Origin: Octopus sinensis
Taxonomy: Eukaryota
DNA length: 64,000 nt
Assembly (NCBI RefSeq): GCF_006345805.1
Contig: NC_043007.1
Location: forward strand, 5,270,001 to 5,334,000
Direction of reading: 5' to 3'
The notes beneath the pieces are model-generated. The model did no database searches. It worked only from the letters and a program-made list of their open reading frames with translations, and was not told where the DNA came from. A program made the translations under genes and the position numbers. This document shows positions 25,254 to 38,237 of this stretch, piece by piece (position 1 is the first letter of the stretch; the number at the start of each line of letters is the position of its first letter).

Positions 25254-25581
25254 CTAGCACTGTGACCCAGCAATGCCAGGTCATAGTGCTAGTGCATGCA
25301 TATACAGCTGCGTGTGTGCACACATACACGCAAGTACTGTCCAAATCTCCGACCAATCACATGCAGCTAGCTGGCATTCAATTGGCGTATCAAGTTTCGG
25401 GCATTTTGATTGGGTTTTGGATAGAAAATTCACAAAAAAAGTCACTTCTATTGATTTTTTTAATGGCTTTGCGGGGTGACTGGGGAAATGTAAAGATGTG
25501 CACGACAACCCTTGGACGGTTTTGAATGACCATAGAAAGTGCGAGCCCTCTAACTGAAAAATTGTGGATTTGTATAAAGGA
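25254..25581 (-). mobile_element. Non-autonomous Helitron-like element
   Basis: Minus strand starts TC and ends CTAG|T; 41-nt terminal hairpin at 25253-25293. Confidence 0.55.
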
Positions 25582-25584
25582 CAT

Positions 25585-25624
<40 letters not shown>

Positions 25625-25695
25625 TTTGCCATTTATATAGAGATTGACTTTCATGCCACAAAATATGATCTTCCGAACAATAAATATGAAGCAAC

Positions 25696-26012
25696 ATTCA
25701 TCATCATCATCATCATCATCATCGTTTAACATCCGCTTTCCATGCTAGCATGGGTTGGACACTTTGACTGAGGACTGGCGAACCAGAAGGCTGCACCAGG
25801 CTCCAATCTTGATCTGGCAGAGTTTCTACAGCTGGATGCCCTTCCTAATGCCAACCACTCCGTGAGTGTAGTGGGTGCTTTTACACTGGCACGAGGGCCA
25901 GTCAGACAGTACTGGCAATGGTCACGGAAAATCGTGTTTTCTTTATGTGTCACCTGCACACCGGCACAAGTGCCAGTAGGCAACGCTGGTAACGATCACA
26001 CTCGAAAAGTGC
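25696..26012 (-). mobile_element. RTE LINE 3' tail copy
   Basis: (CAT)n plus reverse-complement terminal segment and minisatellite units. Confidence 0.8.
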
Positions 26013-27539
26013 TCTCTTAATAAAATGAGAAATCAATTTAAATTTGCCTTTATAGATATTATATACAATGATGGCCATTGGCTGTGCTACTAAATGATAG
26101 CAGGTTGATAGAGTTGCATCATAAACTTGTCCATAAAGTAATTATCTGTTTGTAATTAACATATAATTATTTATTTGAGGGGAGTGTATGACATCATAAG
26201 TGGATTTGGTTTTCTAGATGCCAGCTACATCCATTGCATCACAAGAATTTGAAACATTGAGGAGTTGGTTAAATAAAATGAGTAGAGAAATATTCCCTGG
26301 TGATAACGTAAAGACAAAAATAAGTGAAAAAATAAGTTGATAACTAAATAAATAATAAGTAATAAAAAATTAGCTAATCAAATAAATAATAAGCAATAAA
26401 AAGTAACGAAATTTCATGTCTATTGCCTAAAGGAATTGATGAATTAAAAAATTTACATTTCAAAGGTGACTCAGCCAAAAAGTGGTAAAGGTTCCCATAT
26501 TGTTTTTATAGCACTTGAGCATTACTCATCATGTGGTAGATTCTTATTGGAAGGACAAGAACAATTTCTTTTCAACCTACAAACAGTCTTTAAAGCCATG
26601 GAAAATGTTACTGACATTGCTATCGTTCCTGTGACAGAGCCTTAAAAATACCTTTGCTACTCTGACTAATATGCACAAATGTTATGTAAGTGCAATAATT
26701 ATGATTTTAATTGTTTTAAATTTCACATTGCTCATCAAAAATAATGGAATGATGGTTAATTTTCAAAATAAAAATATTTATTAAATCAAAATAAAGTTTT
26801 AAAAAATTAAACTTAAAAGAAAATTTGTCATTTGTATTTTTGTAATGAATATGTTATTAATAGCAATAATACTGTTTAGCTATCAATTAATCTAACATTA
26901 CCTGATACCATCAACAGTGGTATAAGTATTCTCCAGACATTAGTCTATAGTAATTAAGGGAGACAAATCCAATAAACTCAGAATTATTACCTTTTGTAGG
27001 TAGATGGACAAACAAAGAGACAAATTGAGATACACTGCCAGGCATGGCCATGCGGTTCATTTTACAAATATATGGTTTTGGATTCAGTCTTATTGTGTGG
27101 TATAGCATCAGGTTAACTCCAGAGTGAAACTGTGTAGAAAGGATTGTACTGAAGACTCTGATCTTGGGTATTATATTCTACTTGGTTTAACTCTACAGAC
27201 AGGCTTATGAATGCTTTCTGCAGAATTCATTGCATTGCAAGCATTCAGCGTGGATTGATTGGCTAAGAATAATTTTTGACCCTGCTTACAACTAGTCTCA
27301 GGCCATGGAAAAAGTCACTGACATTGCTGTTCTTCCTTCTGACGAAGCCATAAAAATATAAATACGTTGTCTGTTTTGTCATATTTTATTACAGTAATAA
27401 ACTCCATTATGCTGTATTTATAAGTGCTGTTTGCGAGCAATAAGAAATAAATATTGTTTGCTCCAACAACTAATCTCATCTCTTATTAATAACTGTGTTG
27501 CAATTAATCAATTCTTCAATTGCCTTCAGCATACTGACA

Positions 27540-27946
<407 letters not shown>

Positions 27947-28319
27947 TAAAATACACAGCTTTATTTTGAGATTGCTAATATTAACAATAATCGCAAATAA
28001 AATACAGACTGGAGTTGTGGTGCTCCAAGAGAGCTATATTCCGTTTAATAATCTGAATGGAGGCAATACAAGTGGAAAATTAGAAGAACATAATTAATAA
28101 CCACACTCAAAATCAAATATATATATATTCTTCTACATTTATAAAATGCATATAAAAATTCCAAATATATAAATTTAAAAATACATATAAATATCGATAT
28201 GATACATAAAGCACAGTGAATTTTAGATTTAAAAGTTATAATACATTGGTGTAATAAAGATTTGAGTTGATAAAACATTAAAAGGACGTACCACAAAACT
28301 ATTACAACATGCTGCACAT

Positions 28320-29240
28320 GAAAGCTATCTTCCTTTGATGTTGCTGCACTCTTATGTGTCCATAGCTTACACTGGGTACATCTTATGGAATTTCTACCTA
28401 CACTTTTCTACAGATTGAGCAGGGCCACCTGTCTAAAGGGATGTATGATGTGTTTGCCTTCCTACTTACTAGAACTTTCGTCTTTGCAACTTTGACTCTT
28501 AGGCCCTTCAATTCTAAACCTTGCTTCCAAATTTGAAGTTTCTTCTCTAGTTCTGGCAGTGATTCGGCTATGAGGACCAGGTCATCAGCATAGAGGAGTT
28601 CCTAGAGGCAACCTGTCTTGAATTCTTCTGTTATTGCCTGGAGAACTATGATGAATAAGAGGGGGCTGAAGGCTGATCCTTGGTGGACCCCTACTTCTAC
28701 CCGGAATTCTTCACTATACTCATTTCCAATCCTAACCCTACTGACAGCATCTCTGTATAGGGCCTGTACAGTCCTTATTAACCATTCATCAAACCCCAAT
28801 TTCTACATCGCCCACCAAATAAGGGATCGGGGAACCCTGTCAGAGGCTTTCACCAAGTCCACAAAAGCCAAATATAGGGGTTTATCTTTGGCTAGGTATT
28901 TCTCCTGCTGTTGCCGTACCAGAAATATAGCATCAGTGGTGCTTCTACCTGGCACTAAACCGAACTGCATCTCATCTAAGCAGACTCTCTCCCTAATGAG
29001 ATGGGCTATGACCCTCTCTTTGACCTCCATCACCTGACCCAGTAGTTTGATACCCTGTAGTTATTTCTATCTAAAGCATCACCTTTACCTTTGTGGCAGT
29101 TGACTATGGTGCTGCTATGCCAGTCGTTGGGTATGACTCCATTATGAACTACCTGGTTTACAATACAGATGACTAGACCAGAGCCTACACCACCAGATGT
29201 TTTAAGCATCTCAGCGTAGATTCCTGATGGGCCAGGGGAT
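28320..29240 (-). mobile_element. RTE LINE reverse transcriptase pseudogene fragment
   Basis: PGPSGI.AEMLK, NNYR.IKL, QFGLVPGRSTTDAIF, YLAFVDL.KA.DRVP, GVHQGSAFSPLLF, and YADD at 28581-28592; several stops and frameshifts. Confidence 0.95.
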
Positions 29241-29349
29241 AGAATATGAGAGGTTTAGTTCACTTGTGATCTTAACGAATAGGTACTCTGAGTAAGTGCT
29301 GTAATTGGTCATCCGTTAGGTTCCAAGTTAACAGCTAAGGCTGGAGATA

Positions 29350-29592
29350 GGGATCCATATTAAGGTTCTGTTATAGCAGGTACATATCATAATTGAGGAA
29401 AAAATCAAAAACGAAGGCAGAACAAGTATCTCAAGTCATTTAGGATGATTTAATTAGAGTAAGGTGAATTTGAAGTCTTACAGCTGTTTCTGGGAGAACC
29501 CAAATGGTTGGTTAGCATGTCCACACACTGGGTATTCCATCATCAGAGACAAGGTATGAATATTTTAGACGGGGAAAATTTACAGCTTAACA
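29350..29592 (-). mobile_element. Penelope-like terminal fragment hosting the 29475-29550 hammerhead
   Basis: Inferred from the hammerhead motif and the adjacent TA run; no ORF. Confidence 0.45.
29475..29550 (-). ncRNA. Minimal type I hammerhead ribozyme candidate (Penelope-type)
   Basis: Minus strand reads GUCU-CUGAUGA-UGG..CCA-GAAA-C-AGCU-GUA|AGAC. Core intact, stem I GUCU/AGAC, stem II closed by UGG/CCA, palindromic stem III ACAGCUGU. Confidence 0.75.
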
Positions 29593-29819
29593 AGGAATAA
29601 AATATATATACAGGGCGTATTGGGCCCTGTGCCCTAGGGGGCCATGCGCTCAAGGAGACCGCATCCTATACGGTGATATTTCATGAAGGTGGTCTCCTAG
29701 AAGTTTTAAAAAATCTACATAAAAATGCTCTTTAAAAAAAAAAACATACTTTTTATACTTTAGTGACACAAGATACCAAAAGATAAACCCATTCATCCAG
29801 GGAGCTCTTACCTCTGCTG

Positions 29820-30872
29820 GTGACAAAGGGTCTCTCACTCAGAGTAAAAGGTTGCCTGTATGTGTATGAACAGCCATGCTACATGGCAGGGAAAAATGGG
29901 CTGTGACTGCTGAGGACATGCGTAATCTTGCAAGGAATGAAGCTAGTATGCTCCGATGGATGTGTAATGTCAGTGTGCACACTCAACAGAGTGTAAGTAC
30001 TTTGAGAGAAAAGTTGGACCTAGGTAACATCAGATGTGGTGTGCAAGAGAGACGACTGCACTGGTATGATCATGTGACGAGAATAAATGAGGATAGTTGT
30101 GTGAAAAAGTGCCACACCCTAGCGGTTGAGAGAACTTTTGGAAGAGGTAGACCCAGAAAGACCTGGGATGAGGTGGTGAAGCATGACCTTTGAACATTAG
30201 ACCTCACTGAGGCAATGACTAGTAACCGAGACCTTTGGAAATGTGCTGTACTTGAGAAGACCCAGCACACCAAGTGAGACCATAACCTAATGTCTTATGC
30301 CTGTGGGATGTAACCAGCCCACTTATGTGTACCTTTCCTTCACTGGACGCTAAACTCTGCTTGTGAAGACCTGTCGAGGCAAGTGAAATCGAAATCAAAT
30401 TCGATGACTGGTATCTGTGCTAGTGGAGCGCTAAGAGTACCATCTGAGAGTGATTGTTGCCAGAGCAGCTGACTGGCTTCCATGCTGGTGGCACGTAAAA
30501 AGCACCATTCAAGCATGATCGTTACCATCATCGTCTTATTGGCATTTGTGCCGGTGGCAGGTGAAAAAACATTCAAGCGAGGTCGTTGCCAGTGCCGCTG
30601 GACTGGTTCCTGTGCAGGTAGTACATAAAAAGCACCACTTGAGCGTGGCCGTTGCCAGTACCCCCTAACTGGTCCTCATGCCAGTGGCATGTAAAAGCAC
30701 CCACTACGCTCTTGGAATGGTTGGCATTAGGAAGGGCATCCGGCAGTAGAAACTCTTCCAGATCAAGAATTGGAGCCTGGTGCAACCATCTGATTCGCCA
30801 GTCCTCAGTTAAATCGTCCAACCCATGCTAGCATGGAAGGCAGACGTTAAATGATAATGATGATGATGATGC
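29820..30872 (+). mobile_element. RTE LINE 3' end: ORF2 C-terminus, full 3' UTR with minisatellite, (GAT)n tail
   Basis: MLHG.E.WAVTAEDMR.L.RNEASMLRWMC...RRLHWYDHV...GRGRPRKTWDEVV runs directly into the sequence shared by the short copies. Confidence 0.93.
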
Positions 30873-30892
30873 TGATATACCTACCTACATAT

Positions 30893-30940
<48 letters not shown>

Positions 30941-31388
30941 TATATATATTTATACTTATTTATATATATATTTTAAAAATATAAATAAATATCTGAAATA
31001 TAAGTAACAATTGTTTTGTTATAGCTGGCCCCATGATGTCAAAAATGACAGCCAATTATAGTATTTTATATATAAATAAGGTAAAAAAAGATACATAATT
31101 GTCACAGATACAAACATTCACACACCTCCCTTGTACACACACACACACATGCGCGCGCGCACACACACACACACACATACTCACGCAGAGTTGAAATGCT
31201 GTTTAATTATATCAGTTTTTTAATTAGTTTAACCCAAAAGAAGCTGCTCAATTCAAGGCCTTTGCAAACCCTCTTTGACCAATCAGATCAATGTGGTTAA
31301 CATGCTACTTGAACAGCTGTTAATCAATGGTTTTAGTAAAAAAAAAACATTTACAGAGAGAGAGGGGGGTGAGAGCAGATAGATAGAT

Positions 31389-31433
<45 letters not shown>

Positions 31434-32469
31434 AAAGAGCAAAATAATGTTAGCAGTAATAAGATTAATAAGAAAGTTTTTAATAAGATTTTACAAAGCT
31501 GTAAACCACGAACAGGAAAGAGAAACCTCTTGGGTAATTAATTACATTAAATTAATTATATGTAAGAGAAATCAATTGTTCATCAAGTCGTGGGTGTTTC
31601 AGAAAATGGAAACTAGTGGAATCCTTTGCATTCGATGCAACAAAGACAATTTATGATCTTTATTGCAATTAACTAATCCTCAATCTGTTATACAATTCTT
31701 CTGGCCTACTTGAAAGAGCAGCCAAATCTTCCTCAAATCCCATCCTACTGACTTAGCCCTTTAACATTTAAACAAGCCATGGCTAATCCAAATATTCTAC
31801 TTGCTTATGTTAATAGAAGCTATATCCGGCTTTTCACACCTACCCTACAATGCCACTCTAAAAAGAAACCCATTCACTATCAAAAGTCTCAAAGCTATGA
31901 GATAATGCATGAATAATTAAAAACAATGTGAATAAATAAGTTATTACATTTGACTGATTAATGAGAAGGCTAAAAAGTTTAATTAGCCAAATATAAATGC
32001 AGTCCTACGTAGCTCTAAAACAAGATGGTCACTGCTGGAATGCTTTTGATCTTCGGTCTACTCAATCAGGTCTGACCTAGGGTTGAATAGTGACAGTTAT
32101 TCCATTGTTTAAAGTGGATTGCTTTTTCCTATTTAAAAATTTTCTTCAATTCACAGTTGTAGAAACCCATCCATGAATAGACCCCCAATCTCCTTATTTT
32201 GCAGCAGACAATGCCTCATGTTTGGAAATGTAATTCTTGGATAAAATATTTTTTTTTATGTCCCAAAGCCTTGTCCCCATGATTGAGCAGTGCCTGGTGG
32301 TCACATGTTAAGACCCTTTTGTCAGACAAAATTGGTTGGTGAACCAGCAGAGTGCTAGTGACCGTCACTGAGCAAAATAACCAGACAATGGCCCCAAAAA
32401 CTGGCAATTTGCTTCTGGGTATCATTTCGTAGCAAAGTTGTTTAAGAATGCATCTATTTTCTTCACCGT

Positions 32470-32790
32470 CTTTTAAATCTTCAGAAGAACTTGCAGATTT
32501 TTATTGTTGCTGATATTGTAGTCATTTGTAGTTTATAATTCAAGGATTTACATTCTCTCCTCAAGATTCCAAGTTCAACCATACTTTGCTCCAGATGGGT
32601 CGGTATGTATCCTGTTGCTCCATTAATAACAGTCATGAAGCTGAAAGTGTATCCTGGAGACTGGATTTGCAAATTCCTTATCAATGGTCCATAGATGTCC
32701 TCTTTCTCTGCTATTTTTCTAACCACATTCATGTCCAAGGGGCAGTTGATTTCCACAACAGAACATTTTTTTTGTTGTTCTACACAACAA
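32470..32790 (-). mobile_element. RLE-type (R4/NeSL-like) non-LTR retrotransposon C-terminal remnant
   Basis: KKCSVVEINCPLD.NV.RK..EKEDIYGPLIRNLQ...GATGYIP...TIKICKFF*, the pattern downstream of the PD..D restriction-like endonuclease motif. Confidence 0.7.
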
Positions 32791-32804
32791 TATCTGGCTG
32801 GTTG

Positions 32805-32835
<31 letters not shown>

Positions 32836-33051
32836 TGTGTGTGTGTGTGTGTGCATGAATGTTTGTGCGTTCTTGTCTTGATATCACGTGGTTGTCTTAA
32901 ATAAACGACATTCTTTTCCAATATTCTGCAAAAAGGATGTCTAGGAAATATCATCTTACTTGTGAATAGGTGAAGGTTGGCAACAAGAAATGCATCCACC
33001 TGTTGAAAATCTGTCTCAAGAAACTCCAGGCATGGAAAAGTGGACCTTAAA

Positions 33052-33110
<59 letters not shown>

Positions 33111-33882
33111 GATGATGATGTTGATGATGATGATGATGATGATGATGACCAATGATGATGACCACACAGTGAGATATAGTGTACTTTTTACAGCCAGATG
33201 CCTTTCCTGATGGCCTCAACCTTTATATTTTGGCTCTTTAAACACTTAAGGAGGCAGTGTATTTCTTCTTGGAATCAAGATTCTTTTGGGAAACGGAGAA
33301 GTCGATTTGCTGCATTGAACCAGTTCAGTAGATAAGTCAAGCTGCACTTCATATGCATGCACCTACACACACACACACACGTGCATATAGATACACACAC
33401 ACAAGCACACAAACACACATACACCTACCGCATGCACAAATGAAATAAACACATAAATAAATATAGAAGCAACATTAGAATTTTAATCTTACAATTTTTT
33501 TTTATTTTCTGAGAAAAACATGGCATTTTCTTTTTCCTTTGAAAAACCTGACCAAATTTCCATAATTACTGTAAATAAATTATTTTTGCAATCAGTGGTA
33601 TTTTTCCTTATCTCTGTTGCAATGCCTGCAGCTATGTAATGTGTTCTTGGTTTTGTATTTGTTTATTTTAGAAGATATCAGAAAGTCACAGAATTTCTGT
33701 GACCTTCCCTTTCAAAGGATTTGACAATTTTGCAAAATTTCAGCTTATCAAGCACAAAGCTGTAGCCAACAGCTTGAAACATATGTGTGTATGGAGGTAT
33801 ATATACCTAACTGCTAAACACTGTGTGTATGTGTATTCTATATATATATATAAATTTATATATACACATACAAATGGGTATA

Positions 33883-33946
<64 letters not shown>

Positions 33947-34014
33947 TGTATGTATGTATGTATGTATGTATGTATGTATTTATGTATGTATGTATGTATG
34001 TATGTGTGTATGTA

Positions 34015-34246
34015 AAAAGCATCATCTGAACATGGTCGATGCCAGCGCCGCCTTGACTGGCTCCTGTGCTGGTGGCACGTAAAAAGCACCTTGGAGTGGT
34101 TGGTGTTAGGAAGGGCATCCATCTGTAGAAACTCTGCCAGATCAGACTGGAGCCTGGTGCAGCCTCTTGGCTTCCCAGACCCCGGTCGAACTGTCCAACA
34201 AATGTTAGCATGGAAAACGGGCATTAAATGATGATGATGATGATGA
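34015..34246 (+). mobile_element. RTE LINE 3' tail copy
   Basis: Terminal segment plus (GAT)n. Confidence 0.8.
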
Positions 34247-34252
34247 TATATA

Positions 34253-34953
34253 TATAATACAAAATGGGACAAGAACACCAAACATCCAGATAGACGAGAC
34301 AAAGAAAACAAGGACGGATCATTCGGAGTTTTCTTTCCTCAGTCAAGTTCCAGATTATCTTTGCAATTTCAGCTGGTTATACTCGAGATTGCTCTAATCT
34401 GGCCTGCCCCAAGGAAAAACTAAGCTAAGAGCATTAGATTCCTTGGAAGAAAGCAGTGAATGTATACCAAAACAAGGGCTGAAAATATCGGAGAATGTTA
34501 TACAAATGCAAATAACAGGACATAACAACAGGTGTCTTTCGACTAAGGATGAATTAAATTAAGCTGGCATATGTAGAAGTAAAGCCTTATGGCAGGGGTA
34601 CAAGATTTCACAGGCACAGGGAGGAATATAGATGTTGCACGGACAGATTAATTTAATTCGTCCTTAGTTGAAAGACACCTGTTGTTATGTGCTGTTATTT
34701 GTATTTGTGTAACATTCTCTGTTTTTTTTCAGTCCTTGTTTTTGTATACATTCGCTGCTTTCTTCCAAGTAATCTAATGCTCTTAGTTTAGTTTTTCTTT
34801 GGGGCTGGCCAGATTGGAGTAATCTTGAGTATAACCAGCTGAAATTGCAAAGATATTTTGTAACTCAACTGAGGAAAGAAAACTTTGAATGACCCATCCT
34901 TTTTTTCTTTGTATCATCTGTCTGGATGTTTTGTTGTCCCTTTTTTTGTATTT

Positions 34954-34957
<4 letters not shown>
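34253..34957. mobile_element. Foldback element: ~310-bp inverted arms and 77-bp loop, flanked by (TA)n
   Basis: 34253-34566 pairs with 34644-34957. A single arm of the same family lies at ~3690-4025. Confidence 0.85.
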
Positions 34958-35018
<61 letters not shown>

Positions 35019-35514
35019 TGTATGTATATATATATATATATATATATGTTGTATGTATATATATATATATGTCAATATATATATATGTATGTATGTGTGT
35101 ATATATATTTTTTTTTTTGAGGTACATGGTTGCATGGTTGAGAAGCTTGCTTCCCAATCATGTGGTCTTGGGTTCAGTCCCACTGCATGGCACATTGGAC
35201 AAGTATCTTCTGCAGTAGATCCAGGCGTTGAAAAACCTTGTGAGAGGATTTGGTTGAAGGAAACTGAAAGAAGCCTGTTATGTATGCATATGTATGTGTG
35301 TGTGTGTGCATTGTGTGTGTGTGTTGTGTGTGTGTGTGTGTGTGAGTGTGATGATGATGATTCTAAATTAGCAATACCATCACACAACCAATGTTGTTGA
35401 TTTCTTGTATTTTGAGGTGAAATATTATCTTGCTTGGAAAGAAGTGAGGGTCAGCAATGGAAGGGGGCGTCTGGTTGCAGAAATCTGCTCCAGCAAATTG
35501 AAGCGAAAAGTCTG

Positions 35515-35566
35515 GCATTCAACTCGAGTTTCACCGTGATCTTCTGACAAGAACTCTTCAGATGGT
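35515..35566 (-). ncRNA. Degenerate hammerhead-like motif
   Basis: Minus strand CUGAAGA (35561-35555), GAAA, then C-UCGA-GUU (palindrome ACUCGAGU). Stems I and II pair poorly. Confidence 0.35.
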
Positions 35567-35707
35567 GAGACGGACATGGAATTCAAGTCAGAAGACAAAC
35601 TTTCAGTTTCCTTTTAAGAAAGAAAAAACAAAAAACAAAAAAAAAAACGTATTCTCCATGACATATTCTGAGCAATTCTTTCTTACTCATAGGACATAAA
35701 TCAATAA

Positions 35708-35985
35708 GTGTGTGTGTATGTACGTATGTATTGTATGTATGTATGTATGTGTGTATGTATGTATGTATGTATGTATGTATGTATGTATGTATGTATGTAT
35801 GTGTGTATGTATGTATGTATGTATGTGTGTATGTGTCGTTTGTATGTATGTATTGTATTGTATGTACGTATGTATGTATATATGTATCATGTATGTATGC
35901 ATGTATGTTTGTATGTATGTATGTATGTATGTATGTATGTTTGTATGTGCGTGTATATATGTATATATATGTATGTATGCATGTA
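35708..35985. repeat. Degenerate (TATG)n microsatellite
   Basis: Direct reading. Confidence 0.96.
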
Positions 35986-36161
35986 TAGAAATTCCCACAG
36001 AGTAAAAAACTATATCTATCAATCTATCTATCTATCTATATATATATATATCCATCCAGTTTTCTTCACCACCACCATCTCCATATCACTACCATCAGCT
36101 TCCCCTACCTTCATCCCTTCCAATTCTCCACTTCTCCTCATCGACGCCATCACCACTTCTT

Positions 36162-36197
<36 letters not shown>

Positions 36198-36670
36198 CCG
36201 CCCGTCCCAAAATCAATACTTTTCCATTTTTTTCATCAACTTTTAACAAGTTTTCTCATCGGACGTAAAGTGAAAAGCGAAAACATTCGGAAACGAGAAG
36301 AAAATACGAAAAAAGTTTCCTGCTAAAATATGAATATTGTTCTTTTGCTACATGTCTGACCTGATATAGTAGACTTATGATCAAAGACATTCCAACCATG
36401 ACTATCCTCTAATATTATTTATTTGCCTTAATTTTGCCTTTTACTTTTCTCCAGGTTGGTGGCGTTCGAGAGTGATCCGATTCTGCTGCTATTTCTAGCT
36501 AATCAATTGACCACGTCGTGGTTTTCCCCGTCTCTCGCTCGAATATGAATTAGTGTTAATTACTGCTGTTTTATTTATAAAGTAATTACTATAAATAAAG
36601 CGAAAACCTGACATTAGTTTATTAATATATCCGTGTTTGATGAGATCATAGTTTGGTCAGAGGCAGAGCG

Positions 36671-36711
36671 TGACGTCAGGCCCTGCTGCTCCTGATGCCA
36701 AACTGACGTCA
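36671..36711. promoter_or_regulatory. Paired consensus CRE (CREB/ATF) sites
   Basis: TGACGTCA at 36671-36678 and 36704-36711. Confidence 0.45.
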
Positions 36712-36805
36712 TTTAGAGAAAGTTTTGAAATTGCGCCCAGCACGGAATTAAGTTAAGACTCGGGGAGTCGGGTTTCTGGTGGCCTTCTCTCTCTTTCACT
36801 TTCCT

Positions 36806-36856
<51 letters not shown>

Positions 36857-36879
36857 CTGTCTCTGTCTCTCTCTCTGTT

Positions 36880-36910
<31 letters not shown>

Positions 36911-38197
36911 GATGTGTATGCGTGCATGTGTGGGTGAAAGTGTTGCTTGGAACCACTCAAATACTCCGGAAGGTGCTCGAAAAATAAGAGGTGTTACCTT
37001 AGTTCACTGGTAGTGAACAGCTGACACTGTAGTACATCTCCAGCGTTAGAAGCAAAGGCAATAATAATAATAATAATTCCCAGATGCGTACTGTTCTCAT
37101 TCCAAGGATACAGACTCTGATGTTAAAGTTATGTGACTTGTGGAAACGCGTGTAGCGATGTATTAAATATTTATAAATTCCGTGCAAGAATTATTGTTAT
37201 TATCATATTTATCCTCCATTCTGTAGGTGTAACCATGACACAACTCTGAGAAACTGGTCGACTCATCAGTATCATTAGACATTGGCCAGCATAACGAAAC
37301 AGGAGTTTTATTTTCATATCCTTAATGTTAACATAAATGAATTTAAAGAACACACACACACATGATTCTCATCATCATTTTCCATTCATTTCCATGGGAC
37401 AGTTCTAAGCAATTTAAAAGGCTGCAAGACTATGTCCTGCACCAATGTCTCATTTATGATAAGGATTTTGTAGCTTGATGCCCTTCCTAACATCACCCTT
37501 TTTTACCAAGTGCACTGGGTCCATTTTTTCAAGGCACCAGCACTGAAGAGGTTGCCTGGCCATCAGTACCACTAAAGAACTTTCTTAAATCCTGTTTTGT
37601 TGCTACCAAACATTTACAGAGTCTGCTTTTGTGGCATCAGCACTACTACACGGCTTACCTTGCAGCTTCCAAAGCAAAAAGGGAATATTCACCCTGTTAT
37701 CCTGCGATGGAAGGAAGAGATTTTTGTGGGAGAGAATTACAGAAGGAACGGTGTCTGTATATGTATCATTACCACCACCACCACCACCACCACCACCACC
37801 ACCACCACCATCGTTCTTGTCATTTAACATCTGCTTCCCATGGTGCTGTTCGTTGGATTATTTGACTGGATTCTTTGAGTGACAGGGATCAAATATGTTC
37901 CGGATTAGCTTTGATAAGGTTTCTATGACTGGACACCCCACCCCGCCCCTTCCTAGTATGTAACATTGCACAGTATTATGTACTGGACGCATTTCTCATG
38001 TCACCAGCACTAGCGAGGTTGCCAAGCAACATGGGAAACTGGAAAGGAAACAAAAAAGAAAAAGAAACCTTCACTAAATGTGTGTTTGTATATATATATA
38101 TAATATATATATATATATATAATATATATATATATATGTGTGTGTGTGTGGTGTGTGTGTGGTGTGTGTGTGTGTGTGTGTTGTATATAAATATGTA

Positions 38198-38237
<40 letters not shown>

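Noticed and set aside
34325-34345. CUGAGGA...GAAU motif in the foldback arms
   Set aside because: GAAU instead of GAAA, and stem I does not pair.
36426-36460. Strong branch point, pyrimidine tract and CAG acceptor
   Set aside because: Embedded in a dispersed repeat (GCTGCTATTTCTAGC family); no identifiable ORF or partner donor.
37113-37160. CUGAUGU...GAAACGCGUGUA hammerhead-like motif
   Set aside because: Core A9 is changed and stem I does not form; at most a decayed Penelope-type end.
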